Shown piece by piece: positions 1-9,319 of a stretch of DNA of 32,000 bases (its first letter is position 1; every line of letters starts with the position of its first letter). The translations under genes and the position numbers were made by a program. Origin of the DNA: Erysipelothrix inopinata (GTDB lineage: Bacteria; Bacillota_I; Bacilli_A; Erysipelotrichales; Erysipelotrichaceae); contig NZ_CP060715.1 of assembly GCF_014396165.1 (NCBI RefSeq), forward strand, positions 2,185,553-2,217,552, in the 5' to 3' direction. A model generated the notes under the pieces. The model saw nothing but the letters and a program-made list of their open reading frames with translations. It was not told the DNA's origin and ran no database searches.

Positions 1-1041
1 TACCACAGGTTCACGGAAGGCTTTTTGACCGGGAATGATCGGATGATCTATTTCATCAAGTGTTTTCCCTATCGCAATCTTCGCGGTAATTTTCGCAATG
101 GGATACCCTGTTGCTTTACTTGCTAAGGCAGAGGAGCGAGAGACTCGCGGGTTTACTTCTATAACATAATATTGGTCACTAAAGGGATCGAGCGCAAACT
201 GAACATTGCATCCTCCTTCAATTCCCAAAGCAGAGATGATTTTTAAAGAAGAATTTCGGAGCATAGCAATATCATGGTGAGTTAACGTTTGCGCCGGTGC
301 AAATACGATTGAATCCCCCGTATGTACACCTACAGGATCAAAGTTTTCCATCGTACATATGACCATCGCATTATCGTCTTTATCACGGATAACTTCATAT
401 TCAATCTCTTTATATCCAGAAATATCCTGTTCTACAAGGCATTGATTAACTGGGGACATTAGGAGTCCTGAATTTACGATTTCTAGATATTCTGCTTCGT
501 TTTCTGCTCGGCCACCACCCGAACCACCCAATGTATAAGCAGGTCTGATAATAATCGGATACCCAATCTCTTTTACGGCTTCTAATGCTTCTTTCTCATT
601 ATGAATAATAGCAGAAGGAGCAATCGGTTCGTGAAGTTCTTCCATTAAGTTTTTGAAGAGTTCACGATCTTCTGCTTTTTCAATAGCTTCAACAGACGTT
701 CCAAGAAGGATGACTCCCAGTTTATCAAGAATTCCTTTATTATAAAGTTCTATTGCTAGGTTTAATCCTGTTTGCCCACCCAGATTAGGAAGGATTGCAT
801 CGATACGTTCTAACTTTAAGATACGTTCTACAAATTCAGTTGTGAGTGGTTCAATATATACTTTATCTGCAATATTAGCATCCGTCATAATTGTTGCGGG
901 ATTTGAGTTCACTAGAACAACTTCATATCCCTCTTCACGAAGTGCTAGACATGCTTGGGTACCTGCATAGTCAAATTCCGCAGCCTGACCGATAATAATT
1001 GGACCCGATCCAATGACAAGAATTCTTTTGATTGTTTTCAT
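1..1041 (-). CDS. carB: carbamoyl-phosphate synthase large subunit, N-terminal part (gene continues past window start)
   Basis: Minus-strand translation from the ATG at 1041-1039 reads [54 protein letters not shown]...[24 protein letters not shown]. This is the classic CPSase large-subunit ATP-grasp N-terminus. The start overlaps the carA stop (TAATG). Confidence 0.92.
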   Translation of the reverse strand, partial: MKTIKRILVIGSGPIIIGQAAEFDYAGTQACLALREEGYEVVLVNSNPATIMTDANIADKVYIEPLTTEFVERILKLERIDAILPNLGGQTGLNLAIELYNKGILDKLGVILLGTSVEAIEKAEDRELFKNLMEELHEPIAPSAIIHNEKEALEAVKEIGYPIIIRPAYTLGGSGGGRAENEAEYLEIVNSGLLMSPVNQCLVEQDISGYKEIEYEVIRDKDDNAMVICTMENFDPVGVHTGDSIVFAPAQTLTHHDIAMLRNSSLKIISALGIEGGCNVQFALDPFSDQYYVIEVNPRVSRSSALASKATGYPIAKITAKIAIGKTLDEIDHPIIPGQKAFREPVV

Positions 1042-2036
1042 TAGTGTTGCTCCTTTTCTTGTTTCATATTCTCTATGAATGTTTGAATAATGGACTCAGT
1101 TCTTGGATCACTCTCCTCATAGTCATATCCATAAATGGATTGATATGAGTACTTATATGCCAAAGTAACATCAGTATTTAAATCTTTTTCTAACGTCATT
1201 ACATGTTCATCTATCACTTTAAAACCACCGTATAATGATTTAACTAGTTGTGGTTTCATCGCTGTGGTCTGCGAGGAATCAAACATTCTATTTTCGGGTA
1301 ACACTCCAAGTAGAAGATGTGCCCCCAATCCCAATCCAAGAATTGGAATTGATTTAAAGTTTGATTTGATTGCTTCAATGTGATTGTCTTGTACTTCATT
1401 AGCCAGAGATCCATTGCTTAGCAAAATGCCTTCCGGGTAAGTTGCGTCTATGGTTTCAATCGAACTTGTGTATGGCAAAACGGTGATATGACACTGATGA
1501 TTCATGAGATTTTGAATCATTGTTTGATTCACACCAAAATCAAGAATTGTAACCCGAGGCCCTTTTCCTTGAACTTGATAAGTTCCATTAATATGCTTGA
1601 TACTTGGTTTTTCATCACTCGATTTTGAAGATTCTAATGTATCAGAAATTATCGCAGTTTTAATGTTATTCTGTCGTATGTAACGTACAAGTCTTCGGGT
1701 ATCAATATCTTTAATTCCTGGTATTTTATTCAGTATCATTGCTTCTTCCAGTGATTTTTGAGATCTCCAGTGGGATGGTGTCATTGAATACTGACGCACA
1801 ATTACTCCGGAACATCCCCCTTGCAACGATTGGTCATCTTCAATGTTTATTCCAGAATTTCCAATACTGGGATAAGCATAAATAACAATTGTTTCTTCAT
1901 TGTTGGGTGATGTCATTACTTCTTGATATCCTTGTGCACCAGTATAAATTTTTAAGGATCCTGAAACTACTGATTGGTACCCAAAGGCTTGTCCAATAAA
2001 TACTGTTCCATCTTCCAAGATTAAATAACGTTCCAT
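1041..2036 (-). CDS. carA: carbamoyl-phosphate synthase small-subunit homolog with degenerate glutamine-amidotransferase active site
   Basis: The N-terminal CarA domain is conserved ([36 protein letters not shown]). The start is taken at the MERY Met (2036), preceded by AGGAG 7 nt upstream. In the GATase half, GPGDP is replaced by GSLAN, GICLGHQ by GLGLGAH, and HPE by DYEE. Confidence 0.85.
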   Translation of the reverse strand: MERYLILEDGTVFIGQAFGYQSVVSGSLKIYTGAQGYQEVMTSPNNEETIVIYAYPSIGNSGINIEDDQSLQGGCSGVIVRQYSMTPSHWRSQKSLEEAMILNKIPGIKDIDTRRLVRYIRQNNIKTAIISDTLESSKSSDEKPSIKHINGTYQVQGKGPRVTILDFGVNQTMIQNLMNHQCHITVLPYTSSIETIDATYPEGILLSNGSLANEVQDNHIEAIKSNFKSIPILGLGLGAHLLLGVLPENRMFDSSQTTAMKPQLVKSLYGGFKVIDEHVMTLEKDLNTDVTLAYKYSYQSIYGYDYEESDPRTESIIQTFIENMKQEKEQH

Positions 2037-3280
2037 ACAATCTCTCCTTCGACTACTGTCAGAGCACACATACCTTGAAGTTTGGCACCGATAAAGGGTG
2101 TGTTTATTGATTTTGATTTAAATTCTGTTTCTTTTACGGTATGTTCAGTTTCTAAATCGAATACTGATATATCAGCCGATTGGCCAACACTGAGACTTGA
2201 CCCCTTGAGATTGAATAACTTAGCCGGCTTCAAACTCATCCAATCTTGAACTTGAGCTAAAGTCATCATGCCTGTTTTAATGAAATGTGTGTATATCAGT
2301 GCAAAGGCAATTTCACTGCCTGTGATTCCAAATGGGCTACCCACAAATCCTGATTCTTTATCTTCAACAGTATGCGGTGCATGATCGGTTGAGATAATAT
2401 CGATCGTACCATCAAGAAGTCCACCAATAAGTGCCTGTTGATCCTCAATCGAGCGTAAGGGTGGATTCATCTTATAATTTGCATCATCACAGCAAACATC
2501 CATTTCATTTAAGATGAGATGATGTGGCGATACCTCGGCTGTAACCCGTACTCCGATCGTTTTTCCAAAACGAATGGCTGCGATACTTTCTTTGCTTGAA
2601 ACATGACAAACATGATAATGACATCCCGTTTCTTTCGCAATCAAAATATCACGAGCTATTTGAGAGGATTCTGTAATGCCCATAATCCCTGGCAATCCCA
2701 ATTCTTTATTACGAATTCCTTCATGCATCACACCTCCATATAGCAAGCTTTCATCTTCTGTATGGGCGACAATCGGTTTATTAATGCGAGCAGCTTCTTT
2801 CATCGCTTGATACATGGTTCCCGATGTCTGAACACCAACACCATCATTGGTATAAGCAAATGCATCCATGGCTTCCATATCCACGAGTTCATCAGAACGA
2901 AGATTCATTGTAATCGGTGCATACTGATGAACATGAACCACTGCATCCCTGACGATAATGTCTTTAATATCATTCATTTTTTTGACGGTATCCGGTATGG
3001 GATTGGTGTTAGGCATCGCACAAATTGTTGTGAATCCACCTCGAGCTGCTGCATTACTTCCAGTCTTTATAGTTTCTTTATCGGTAAAACCTGGTTCTCT
3101 AAGGTGGACATGAACATCAACCAATCCAGGCATCACAAGTTTCCCACCTAAATCAATCACTTCATCTCCCTGTAAATCGTTTCCTATCGCGACGATAACA
3201 CCTTTCTCAATCGCAATATCAACACACTTTAACGTATTCCCTCTGACTATTTGTTTTCCATTTTTTAATATAAGTTTCAT
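2021..3280 (-). CDS. pyrC: dihydroorotase
   Basis: 419 aa with the metal-binding motif VDVHVHLREPG and STDHAPH. ATGA overlap with the pyrB stop. The 3' end overlaps the carA start by 16 nt. Confidence 0.93.
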   Translation of the reverse strand: MKLILKNGKQIVRGNTLKCVDIAIEKGVIVAIGNDLQGDEVIDLGGKLVMPGLVDVHVHLREPGFTDKETIKTGSNAAARGGFTTICAMPNTNPIPDTVKKMNDIKDIIVRDAVVHVHQYAPITMNLRSDELVDMEAMDAFAYTNDGVGVQTSGTMYQAMKEAARINKPIVAHTEDESLLYGGVMHEGIRNKELGLPGIMGITESSQIARDILIAKETGCHYHVCHVSSKESIAAIRFGKTIGVRVTAEVSPHHLILNEMDVCCDDANYKMNPPLRSIEDQQALIGGLLDGTIDIISTDHAPHTVEDKESGFVGSPFGITGSEIAFALIYTHFIKTGMMTLAQVQDWMSLKPAKLFNLKGSSLSVGQSADISVFDLETEHTVKETEFKSKSINTPFIGAKLQGMCALTVVEGEIVWNVI

Positions 3281-4161
3281 TTTTTCTCCTCCATTATTTT
3301 TTCAAGTATCGCCATTCTCATATAGACACCATTCGTCATTTGCTCCACAATCCGTGATTGCTTCGATTCCACCAAACAACCCGAAATTTCAACATCACGA
3401 TTCACTGGAGCTGGATGCATGATAATTGCATGATCTAAAAGTGATTCATATCGTTTTTCTGTCAACCCATACAATTCATGATAGGTTTCTTGCGTTGTCT
3501 TCATAGCATCTTCATGACGTTCTAGTTGAATTCTTAGCAACATCACGACATCCACTATTTTTAAGGCATCATCCAGTTCAATATATTCACCAAAGTCTAA
3601 ATAAGATTCATCAAAGAACTTTTCAGGTCCCGAGAAATAGACTTGGGCACCCATTCTTTTTAATAATTTCATATTAGACATAGCAACCCGAGAATGACGG
3701 ATATCTCCAACAATCACAACTTTTAATCCGACGATTGTTTTGAATTCATCAACAATCGTCATCATGTCAAGAAGGGATTGAGATGGATGCGATCCACATC
3801 CTGAACCAGCATTAACAATGCTAATATTTAATGGTTTTAATGTTTCATAGAAATCATTGTCACCATGCCGAATCACGGCAACATCCGCTCCTAAAGCCTG
3901 CATTGTCAACACCGAATCATACAAACTCTCGCCTTTATTTACTGAACTTGTACTCACATCAAAATTCATTGTATGTAACCCTAATTTATGTTCTGCCATT
4001 TCAAAACTATGTTTCGTTCGCGTGCTATTTTCAAAAAACATATTCACAACTGTTCCACAAAACTTAGGTAATTCACTTCCCTCTTTAAATTTGATCGCTT
4101 GAGTTATCAAATTAGCGACTGTTTCTATTTCTAAATCATCGACACTTAAGAAATTTTTCAT
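3277..4161 (-). CDS. pyrB: aspartate carbamoyltransferase catalytic subunit
   Basis: 294 aa with the motifs FENSTRTKHSFE (STRT), HPSQSLLD and HPAPVNR. A GGAGG RBS lies 6 nt upstream of the ATG. Confidence 0.93.
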   Translation of the reverse strand: MKNFLSVDDLEIETVANLITQAIKFKEGSELPKFCGTVVNMFFENSTRTKHSFEMAEHKLGLHTMNFDVSTSSVNKGESLYDSVLTMQALGADVAVIRHGDNDFYETLKPLNISIVNAGSGCGSHPSQSLLDMMTIVDEFKTIVGLKVVIVGDIRHSRVAMSNMKLLKRMGAQVYFSGPEKFFDESYLDFGEYIELDDALKIVDVVMLLRIQLERHEDAMKTTQETYHELYGLTEKRYESLLDHAIIMHPAPVNRDVEISGCLVESKQSRIVEQMTNGVYMRMAILEKIMEEKK

Positions 4162-4174
4162 TCTCTTCCTCCAT

Positions 4175-4203
4175 AAAAAAACCTGAACTTACTAAAGTCC
4201 AGG
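4175..4203 (-). terminator. intrinsic terminator of the pyrR-pyrB attenuator
   Basis: The minus-strand RNA reads CCUGGACUU-UAGU-AAGUUCAGG (9-bp stem with one G-U pair) followed by U7, directly before the pyrB RBS. Confidence 0.7.
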
Positions 4204-4221
4204 CAAGAAACATCAAAATGT

Positions 4222-4250
4222 GTTTTCTCTTCTGGAACTCTCGGAACCAA
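4222..4250 (-). promoter_or_regulatory. putative PyrR-binding loop (anti-antiterminator) of the pyrR-pyrB attenuator
   Basis: The RNA reads GGUUCCGAGAGUUCCAGAAGAGAAAAC. It contains UCCAGA/GAGAG elements resembling the PyrR consensus ARUCCAGAGAGGYU. The match is imperfect. Confidence 0.45.
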
Positions 4251-4268
4251 TTAAAGTGAAATCACGAC

Positions 4269-4820
<552 letters not shown>

Positions 4821-4850
4821 ATTAAGAATACTTTAATGGTATGAACTCTT

Positions 4851-4885
4851 TCCTTCGCTGCCTCACAGGACAATGTTAAAGGACT
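4851..4885 (-). promoter_or_regulatory. putative PyrR-binding loop in the pyr leader
   Basis: The RNA reads GUCCUUUAACAUUGUCCUGUGAGGCAGCGAAGGA. The segment UCCUGUGAGGCA resembles the UCCAGAGAGGCU consensus and is flanked by a UCCUU/AAGGA stem. Confidence 0.55.
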
Positions 4886-4895
4886 TCTTTTTATC

Positions 4896-4924
4896 ATCAT
4901 AACGCGACATTTATTCTAAGTCAA
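4896..4924 (-). promoter_or_regulatory. sigma-A type promoter of the pyr operon
   Basis: On the minus strand: TTGACT (4924-4919), a 17-nt spacer, then TATGAT (4901-4896). Confidence 0.6.
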
Positions 4925-5007
4925 CTCAAACTCACTCAAACATGATGAAATATTTTATTTGTCTTGAAAATATGTTTTATGTTTTATATACATTTTAGAA
5001 ATTATTA

Positions 5008-5035
5008 TTGCAAACGCTTAGATTATATGTATAAT
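5008..5035 (+). promoter_or_regulatory. sigma-A type promoter (extended -10) of the PTS EIIC gene
   Basis: TTGCAA (5008-5013), a 16-nt spacer ending in TG, then TATAAT (5030-5035). It is divergent from the pyr promoter. Confidence 0.55.
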
Positions 5036-5070
5036 TGGTTTTAGTAAGGGCTTTCGCCCGAGGAGGGAAT

Positions 5071-6351
5071 ATGGAAAAAGCATTAGCGTGGATAGAAGAA
5101 AAACTTCTCCCACCATTATCGAAGTTAGCGGAACAGCGACATTTACAAGCTGTACGTGATGGTATTATCTCAACAATGCCAATGATTATGATTGGAAGTT
5201 TCTTTGTATTAATAGTAAACTTCCCAGTTCCAGCTTGGAAAGAATTAATTGCGCCTTATGTTGCACAAATTATGATTCCGTATAGAATCACTGTCGGTCT
5301 TATGGCTGTTTATGCAGCATACGGAATGGGTAGCGTTCTCGCTCAATCTTATAAACTTGATGGCACATCAGGTGGGGTTTTATCACTGGGTGCATTCTTA
5401 ATGACAATTGTTCCACAAGTTGCGGTATCTGAGGCAACAGGGAATTCTTTAGGTTTCACACTTCCAATGACCTATCTTGGTGGTGCAGGTATGTTTACCG
5501 CAATCCTTTCAATGATTATTGCAGTTGAAATTCTTCGTTTCTGTAAAGAACATAACGTCACCATACGCATGCCTGAACAAGTGCCACCTGCTGTTGCACG
5601 TTCATTTGAGGCAATTATTCCGGGTATGATTGTAATCACTTTAATGTGGTTCGTTGCAGTTATCTTAAAAATTAATATTAACGAAGTACTCATGGGAGTT
5701 TTCTCACCACTTGTAAGTATTGCTGGTAACTCCTATGCTGGTGTCATTATTCCAGTCTTACTCATAACGATTCTTTGGTCTGCAGGAGTCCATGGTGTCT
5801 CAGTTATAGGATCCATTATGCGCCCTATCTGGATTGTTCTTTTAGAACAAAATATCACAGCTGTAGCAGAAGGTCGTGTCGCAACAAACATCGGTACTGA
5901 AGGCTTCTTCGATCTCTTTGTTTGGATTGGCGGATCAGGAGGAACATTAGCTCTTTGTGTCTTAATGTTATTCTGTAAATCATCGTACCTAAAACAAATT
6001 GGTAAGTTATCCATTGTTCCAGGTATCTTTAACATTAATGAACCTGTAGTATTTGGAGCACCCATTGTGGTTAACCCCATTCTAGCCATTCCATTTATAG
6101 TTGGACCAGCAATTACCACAACAATTACTTATATTGCAATGAAACTTGATTTAGTAGCACGTGTTAGTGTCGTAGCACCATTTGCGGTTCCAGCTCCAAT
6201 TAAGGCCTATCTTTCAACAGGTGGTGATTGGCGAGCTGTCATATTAGTACTTATAAACTTTACAATTTCTCTATTAATTTATTATCCATTCGTGAAATCT
6301 TACGATAAAAAACTTTTGGCTGAAGAAGTCATTACTGAAACTATAGCCTAA
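5071..6351 (+). CDS. PTS lactose/cellobiose-family EIIC permease
   Basis: A roughly 426-aa polytopic membrane protein beginning MEKALAWIEEKLLPPLSKLAEQRHLQAVRDG, the typical EIIC (CelB/LicC-type) N-terminus. GGAGGG lies upstream of the ATG at 5071. The ORF-track start at 5035 falls inside the -10 box. Confidence 0.85.
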   Translation: MEKALAWIEEKLLPPLSKLAEQRHLQAVRDGIISTMPMIMIGSFFVLIVNFPVPAWKELIAPYVAQIMIPYRITVGLMAVYAAYGMGSVLAQSYKLDGTSGGVLSLGAFLMTIVPQVAVSEATGNSLGFTLPMTYLGGAGMFTAILSMIIAVEILRFCKEHNVTIRMPEQVPPAVARSFEAIIPGMIVITLMWFVAVILKININEVLMGVFSPLVSIAGNSYAGVIIPVLLITILWSAGVHGVSVIGSIMRPIWIVLLEQNITAVAEGRVATNIGTEGFFDLFVWIGGSGGTLALCVLMLFCKSSYLKQIGKLSIVPGIFNINEPVVFGAPIVVNPILAIPFIVGPAITTTITYIAMKLDLVARVSVVAPFAVPAPIKAYLSTGGDWRAVILVLINFTISLLIYYPFVKSYDKKLLAEEVITETIA

Positions 6352-6373
6352 TTTAAAACTAAATAAATATAAA

Positions 6374-6420
6374 AGAGCCATTAAGCTTGTGATGAAACAC
6401 AGCAATGGCTCTCTTTATTA
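6374..6420 (+). terminator. possible terminator after the PTS EIIC gene
   Basis: AGAGCCATT (6374-6382) pairs with AATGGCTCT (6404-6412) across a long loop, followed by a T-rich stretch. Confidence 0.4.
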
Positions 6421-6437
6421 TTTTGAACATAGAAATC

Positions 6438-6476
6438 AAAAAAGTATCATATCCTGATTTCTTTATAAAATCAGAA
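6438..6476 (-). terminator. possible terminator after the surface-protein gene
   Basis: The minus-strand hairpin CUGAUUU-uauaaag-AAAUCAG is followed a few nt later by a U6 run. Confidence 0.35.
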
Positions 6477-6496
6477 CCCATTAATTTTACAAAAGA

Positions 6497-7642
6497 TTAA
6501 TTCTCTCTTTTTCTATTTTTCATACTTAGAATTGAAGCACCACACCCCAAAATTATAACGATACCACCAATCATAAGCATGTTATTATCAATACCGGTAT
6601 TTGGTAATGTAGGTGTCTTATTAATTTGTTCTTTATTTTTTCCGTTATCTATTGTGATTACTGGCTTCACTGGATCTACTGGCTTTACAGGATCTAACGG
6701 CTTCACTGGATCTACCGGCTTCACTGGATCTACTGGCTTTACAGGATCTACTGGCTTTACAGGATCTACCGGTTTCACAGTTTTATCATATATAACTGTG
6801 AATTCCTTACTATGATTACTATACTCTTCTTCAATTAGTCCATTTTCTATAATTGAATACCCTTCAATTTCAGGAGCCTTATACTTAAAAACATCTCCTA
6901 CCACAGGTATAAAATACTCAGCTTTTCTTAATTCGTTTCCAGCCTTATCCTTGAAGTTCACAATATAAGTAGGTAAGTTCAAGTCTATTTCTATAATTTG
7001 ATCATCATCTTTATAGTCATAAACTCTCGGAATATCTTTATTCACTAAAATATAATCATTAACGAATGAATTGAGAGTTGCCTGTTCTCCATCAACAGCA
7101 AATTGATTAGGATATTTTGTTGTGAATTTACCATAGGATGTTTCAGACTTTAAAAGTGTTCTACTTCCATCAGCATTTACCAGATTATAGTTAAAGGTAA
7201 TTTTAGATTTCGGTCCAAATAGTGTAGAAATTTTTGCAATCTTTTTCCCTGAGCTAGCTTCTCTTGCCCTCAAAGTTTCATAATCTAGCTTGCCCTCGAG
7301 TCCTATTTCTCTACTTCCATCTACGTAACTGATGTAGTATCCATAGTAAGTATATTCTGTAATTCTAAAAAGGTTTCCGCCAGAAAAAATATTTTTTAAA
7401 CTTTCATCAGGATATGCCTCCCAATTAGAATTACTCTCATTTAGTTTGATGTCATCATCACTGAGATAATTCCTTCCACTAATAACTCCAGTTAACTTAC
7501 CATCCTCTTTATAAGTTTGATTAATCACCAATTCTTCAATATGAATATCTTTGGACAGTGGATCATAGTCTGCGGAAATAATCATAAATGTAGGCGAAAT
7601 AATTAGTACAAGTGTTAAAACTATTATTTTAATTTTCTTCAT
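6497..7642 (-). CDS. LPXTG-anchored cell-wall surface protein with MucBP-like domain and PVDPVK repeats
   Basis: Signal peptide MKKIKIIVLTLVLIISPTFMIISA. C-terminal LPNTG, then a hydrophobic stretch and a KNRKREN tail. The segment YIVNFKDKAGNEL...GYSII...TVIYDK resembles a MucBP fold. Carries about 7 PVDPVK repeats. Confidence 0.85.
   Translation of the reverse strand: MKKIKIIVLTLVLIISPTFMIISADYDPLSKDIHIEELVINQTYKEDGKLTGVISGRNYLSDDDIKLNESNSNWEAYPDESLKNIFSGGNLFRITEYTYYGYYISYVDGSREIGLEGKLDYETLRAREASSGKKIAKISTLFGPKSKITFNYNLVNADGSRTLLKSETSYGKFTTKYPNQFAVDGEQATLNSFVNDYILVNKDIPRVYDYKDDDQIIEIDLNLPTYIVNFKDKAGNELRKAEYFIPVVGDVFKYKAPEIEGYSIIENGLIEEEYSNHSKEFTVIYDKTVKPVDPVKPVDPVKPVDPVKPVDPVKPLDPVKPVDPVKPVITIDNGKNKEQINKTPTLPNTGIDNNMLMIGGIVIILGCGASILSMKNRKREN
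6661..6780 (-). repeat. 18-bp in-frame tandem repeat, about 6.5 copies (encodes PVDPVK)
   Basis: Units of ctggcttcactggatcta / ctggctttacaggatcta start at 6661, 6679, 6697, 6715, 6733, 6751 and 6769. Confidence 0.9.
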
Positions 7643-7665
7643 AAATTCTCTCCCTTATAAAAGAA

Positions 7666-7693
7666 ATTATATCATTTGATAAATTCATAGTAA
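7666..7693 (-). promoter_or_regulatory. candidate extended -10 promoter of the surface-protein gene
   Basis: The minus strand reads TTACTA, 16 nt, TGaTATAAT, about 25 nt upstream of the ATG. Confidence 0.35.
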
Positions 7694-7815
7694 GGGCAAA
7701 ACGAGGAATCTCATTATTTTATCACATTACATCACAGAACATTCACTTTAAATCTATTTATGACAATTTGTGGGATAGAATAGTTCAATCTACTATCATT
7801 AGTTCTAATATTAAA

Positions 7816-7844
7816 AATTAAAACTGGACTTTCGGCCAGTTTTT
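7816..7844 (-). terminator. intrinsic terminator after the GNAT gene
   Basis: The RNA reads ACUGGCC-GAAA-GUCCAGU followed by UUUUAAUUUUU. T-runs on both strands suggest it may act bidirectionally. Confidence 0.55.
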
Positions 7845-8720
7845 TTATGCATGTGATAGGTATGGAAGACACATCGTGTTTCCAAATGTATTTTCTGAAT
7901 CGTTAATGACAAAGAGTGCATTATCATCAAAGTCTCCCTCTGTAACATGCATATTTTGACTATCTATGGGTGTAAAGCCTAGTGTAACTTTTGATGTATC
8001 AGTAAGTGAACCGATAATTTCTTCTAAAGAAAGTTTTATAGTTCCATAAACATCAAAGAGCATATGAGTTTCATCGTCATAAATGGCGTATATTTCTAAA
8101 GATTTACTATAATAAATCATTTCACTAAATGGACCGCTGAGATAAAACATAATCAACGACAGGTTATCAATCATTTCAACTTTAGAAAAAGGGTTTCCAA
8201 TCTTATAGTATTGTGTAAAATGAGACAGATGATTTGCGCCTGATAGATTAATTTTTTTAAAATCGTGGTTGGATGGTTGTTCGTTTGAAATGACATATTG
8301 GTATTCATTGTGATACTTAAATCCAAATTTAGGATAGAAATCTAAAACGGTATCATTCGCGAAAAGATAGATGCATTGATCTTTATAATCTGTTAGAACT
8401 TGATTCATTAAATATCGGATAAGACCTTTGTTTCGATACGCCTCTTGAGTGCACACTGTTCCAATTTGAATCACATTATAAATATCTGAATCCTTTTTAA
8501 TTCTCATTTTATTGACGGATACATTCGCAACAACGACATCATTATCCAGAAGTACATAGGGCTGATATTGATCTTTCCAATACCCTTGTTGGTACCAGTC
8601 TTCAAAACTGATTTCAAATACTTCAAGAGTAAGTTTGTTAAAGCTTTGACGGATGGCGGGCATATTTAGAATATCATTTGTGAATTGATATTCGTGGTTA
8701 TTAATTAATACTTTTTTCAT
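7845..8720 (-). CDS. GNAT-family N-acetyltransferase with extra C-terminal domain
   Basis: Acetyl-CoA binding signature QIGTVCTQEAYRNKGLIRYLMNQVL (Q/R-x-x-G-x-G/A type). 291 aa. ATGA overlap with the upstream TetR gene. Confidence 0.75.
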   Translation of the reverse strand: MKKVLINNHEYQFTNDILNMPAIRQSFNKLTLEVFEISFEDWYQQGYWKDQYQPYVLLDNDVVVANVSVNKMRIKKDSDIYNVIQIGTVCTQEAYRNKGLIRYLMNQVLTDYKDQCIYLFANDTVLDFYPKFGFKYHNEYQYVISNEQPSNHDFKKINLSGANHLSHFTQYYKIGNPFSKVEMIDNLSLIMFYLSGPFSEMIYYSKSLEIYAIYDDETHMLFDVYGTIKLSLEEIIGSLTDTSKVTLGFTPIDSQNMHVTEGDFDDNALFVINDSENTFGNTMCLPYLSHA

Positions 8721-9247
8721 TGCGTAATTCCTTTCATAATGAGCTGTTTACCAAAAGTAACGGCATCGCTCTCTGTATAATTCCCTAAATACTTCTGAAT
8801 CCAAATCATAGAAACAATCGAATGAATTGTATTCTCAAGAAGTGGTAAGGGAATCTGAGAATTTAGAATCTTGTTGTGATAGCATGTTTCAAGAAACGCA
8901 TAATAAAAATCTAGTTCTGTTTTGAGAAGTGACAATATTTTGTCTGTGGATTCGGGATTCGGGTAGTAAAAAAGATAGTACACATGGTCACCATTTTTTA
9001 TTAAAATTTCCAGTATTCTCTCTAACTTCAGATCAAGGTTAGTCTCATCGATATTTTTAAGCGCAACCTTCAATTTACCAATCGAGAGTATTGCAAGTTC
9101 AAAGAGAAAATCTTCTCTTCCCGTAAACATTCTATGGAATGTTGCTTTGCTTATCTGAGAATTCTTCGCAATGTCTTCAACAGATGCCATTGGATTCATC
9201 GTCATATAGCTCAAAGAGTTTTCCAGTACATAGTTTCGTTTTGTCAT
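8717..9247 (-). CDS. TetR/AcrR-family transcriptional regulator
   Basis: N-terminal helix-turn-helix (SVEDIAKNSQISKATFHRMFTGREDF). The start is placed at MTKRNY (9247), with AGGAG 7 nt upstream. Confidence 0.8.
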   Translation of the reverse strand: MTKRNYVLENSLSYMTMNPMASVEDIAKNSQISKATFHRMFTGREDFLFELAILSIGKLKVALKNIDETNLDLKLERILEILIKNGDHVYYLFYYPNPESTDKILSLLKTELDFYYAFLETCYHNKILNSQIPLPLLENTIHSIVSMIWIQKYLGNYTESDAVTFGKQLIMKGITQ

Positions 9248-9271
9248 TTTGATACTCCTGTGTCTCATTTG

Positions 9272-9305
9272 ATACTATAGTATATCATATACGAGTGTTT
9301 GTAAA
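9272..9305 (-). promoter_or_regulatory. candidate TetR-GNAT promoter with overlapping palindromic operator
   Basis: The minus strand reads TTTACA (9305-9300), 17 nt, TACTAT (9282-9277). The perfect 12-bp palindrome ATACTATAGTAT (9272-9283) covers the -10 box. Confidence 0.4.
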
Positions 9306-9307
9306 TA

Positions 9308-9319
9308 AAAACAGTTCTT
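9308..9319. repeat. 12-bp direct repeat AAAACAGTTCTT, copy 1 (flanks the IS)
   Basis: Exact match to 10075-10086. Both copies are followed within a few nt by ATTAATA. Confidence 0.8.

Noticed and set aside
2762-4102. Plus-strand ORFs of 129, 78 and 81 aa.
   Set aside because: They are antisense to pyrC and pyrB. They are Cys/His/Ser-rich with low-complexity composition typical of shadow ORFs, and they have no RBS.
5035-5070. ORF-track start MVLVRAFARGGN for the PTS EIIC. The same problem applies to long N-terminal extensions at carA (2069), malQ (11786), malE (20059), amylase (23469), glgA (26279), glgB (28131) and glgC (30447).
   Set aside because: The upstream starts overlap promoter boxes or the preceding gene and lack an RBS. 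Internal starts with GGAGG-type RBS at 5-9 nt match the conserved family N-termini.
5472-6119. Minus-strand ORFs of 73 and 128 aa.
   Set aside because: They are antisense shadows inside the PTS EIIC gene.
6579-6815. Plus-strand ORF with a collagen-like GFTGSTGFTGS repeat.
   Set aside because: It is the antisense reading of the PVDPVK 18-bp tandem repeat inside the LPXTG protein gene. It has no RBS and lies wholly within a well-supported minus-strand CDS.
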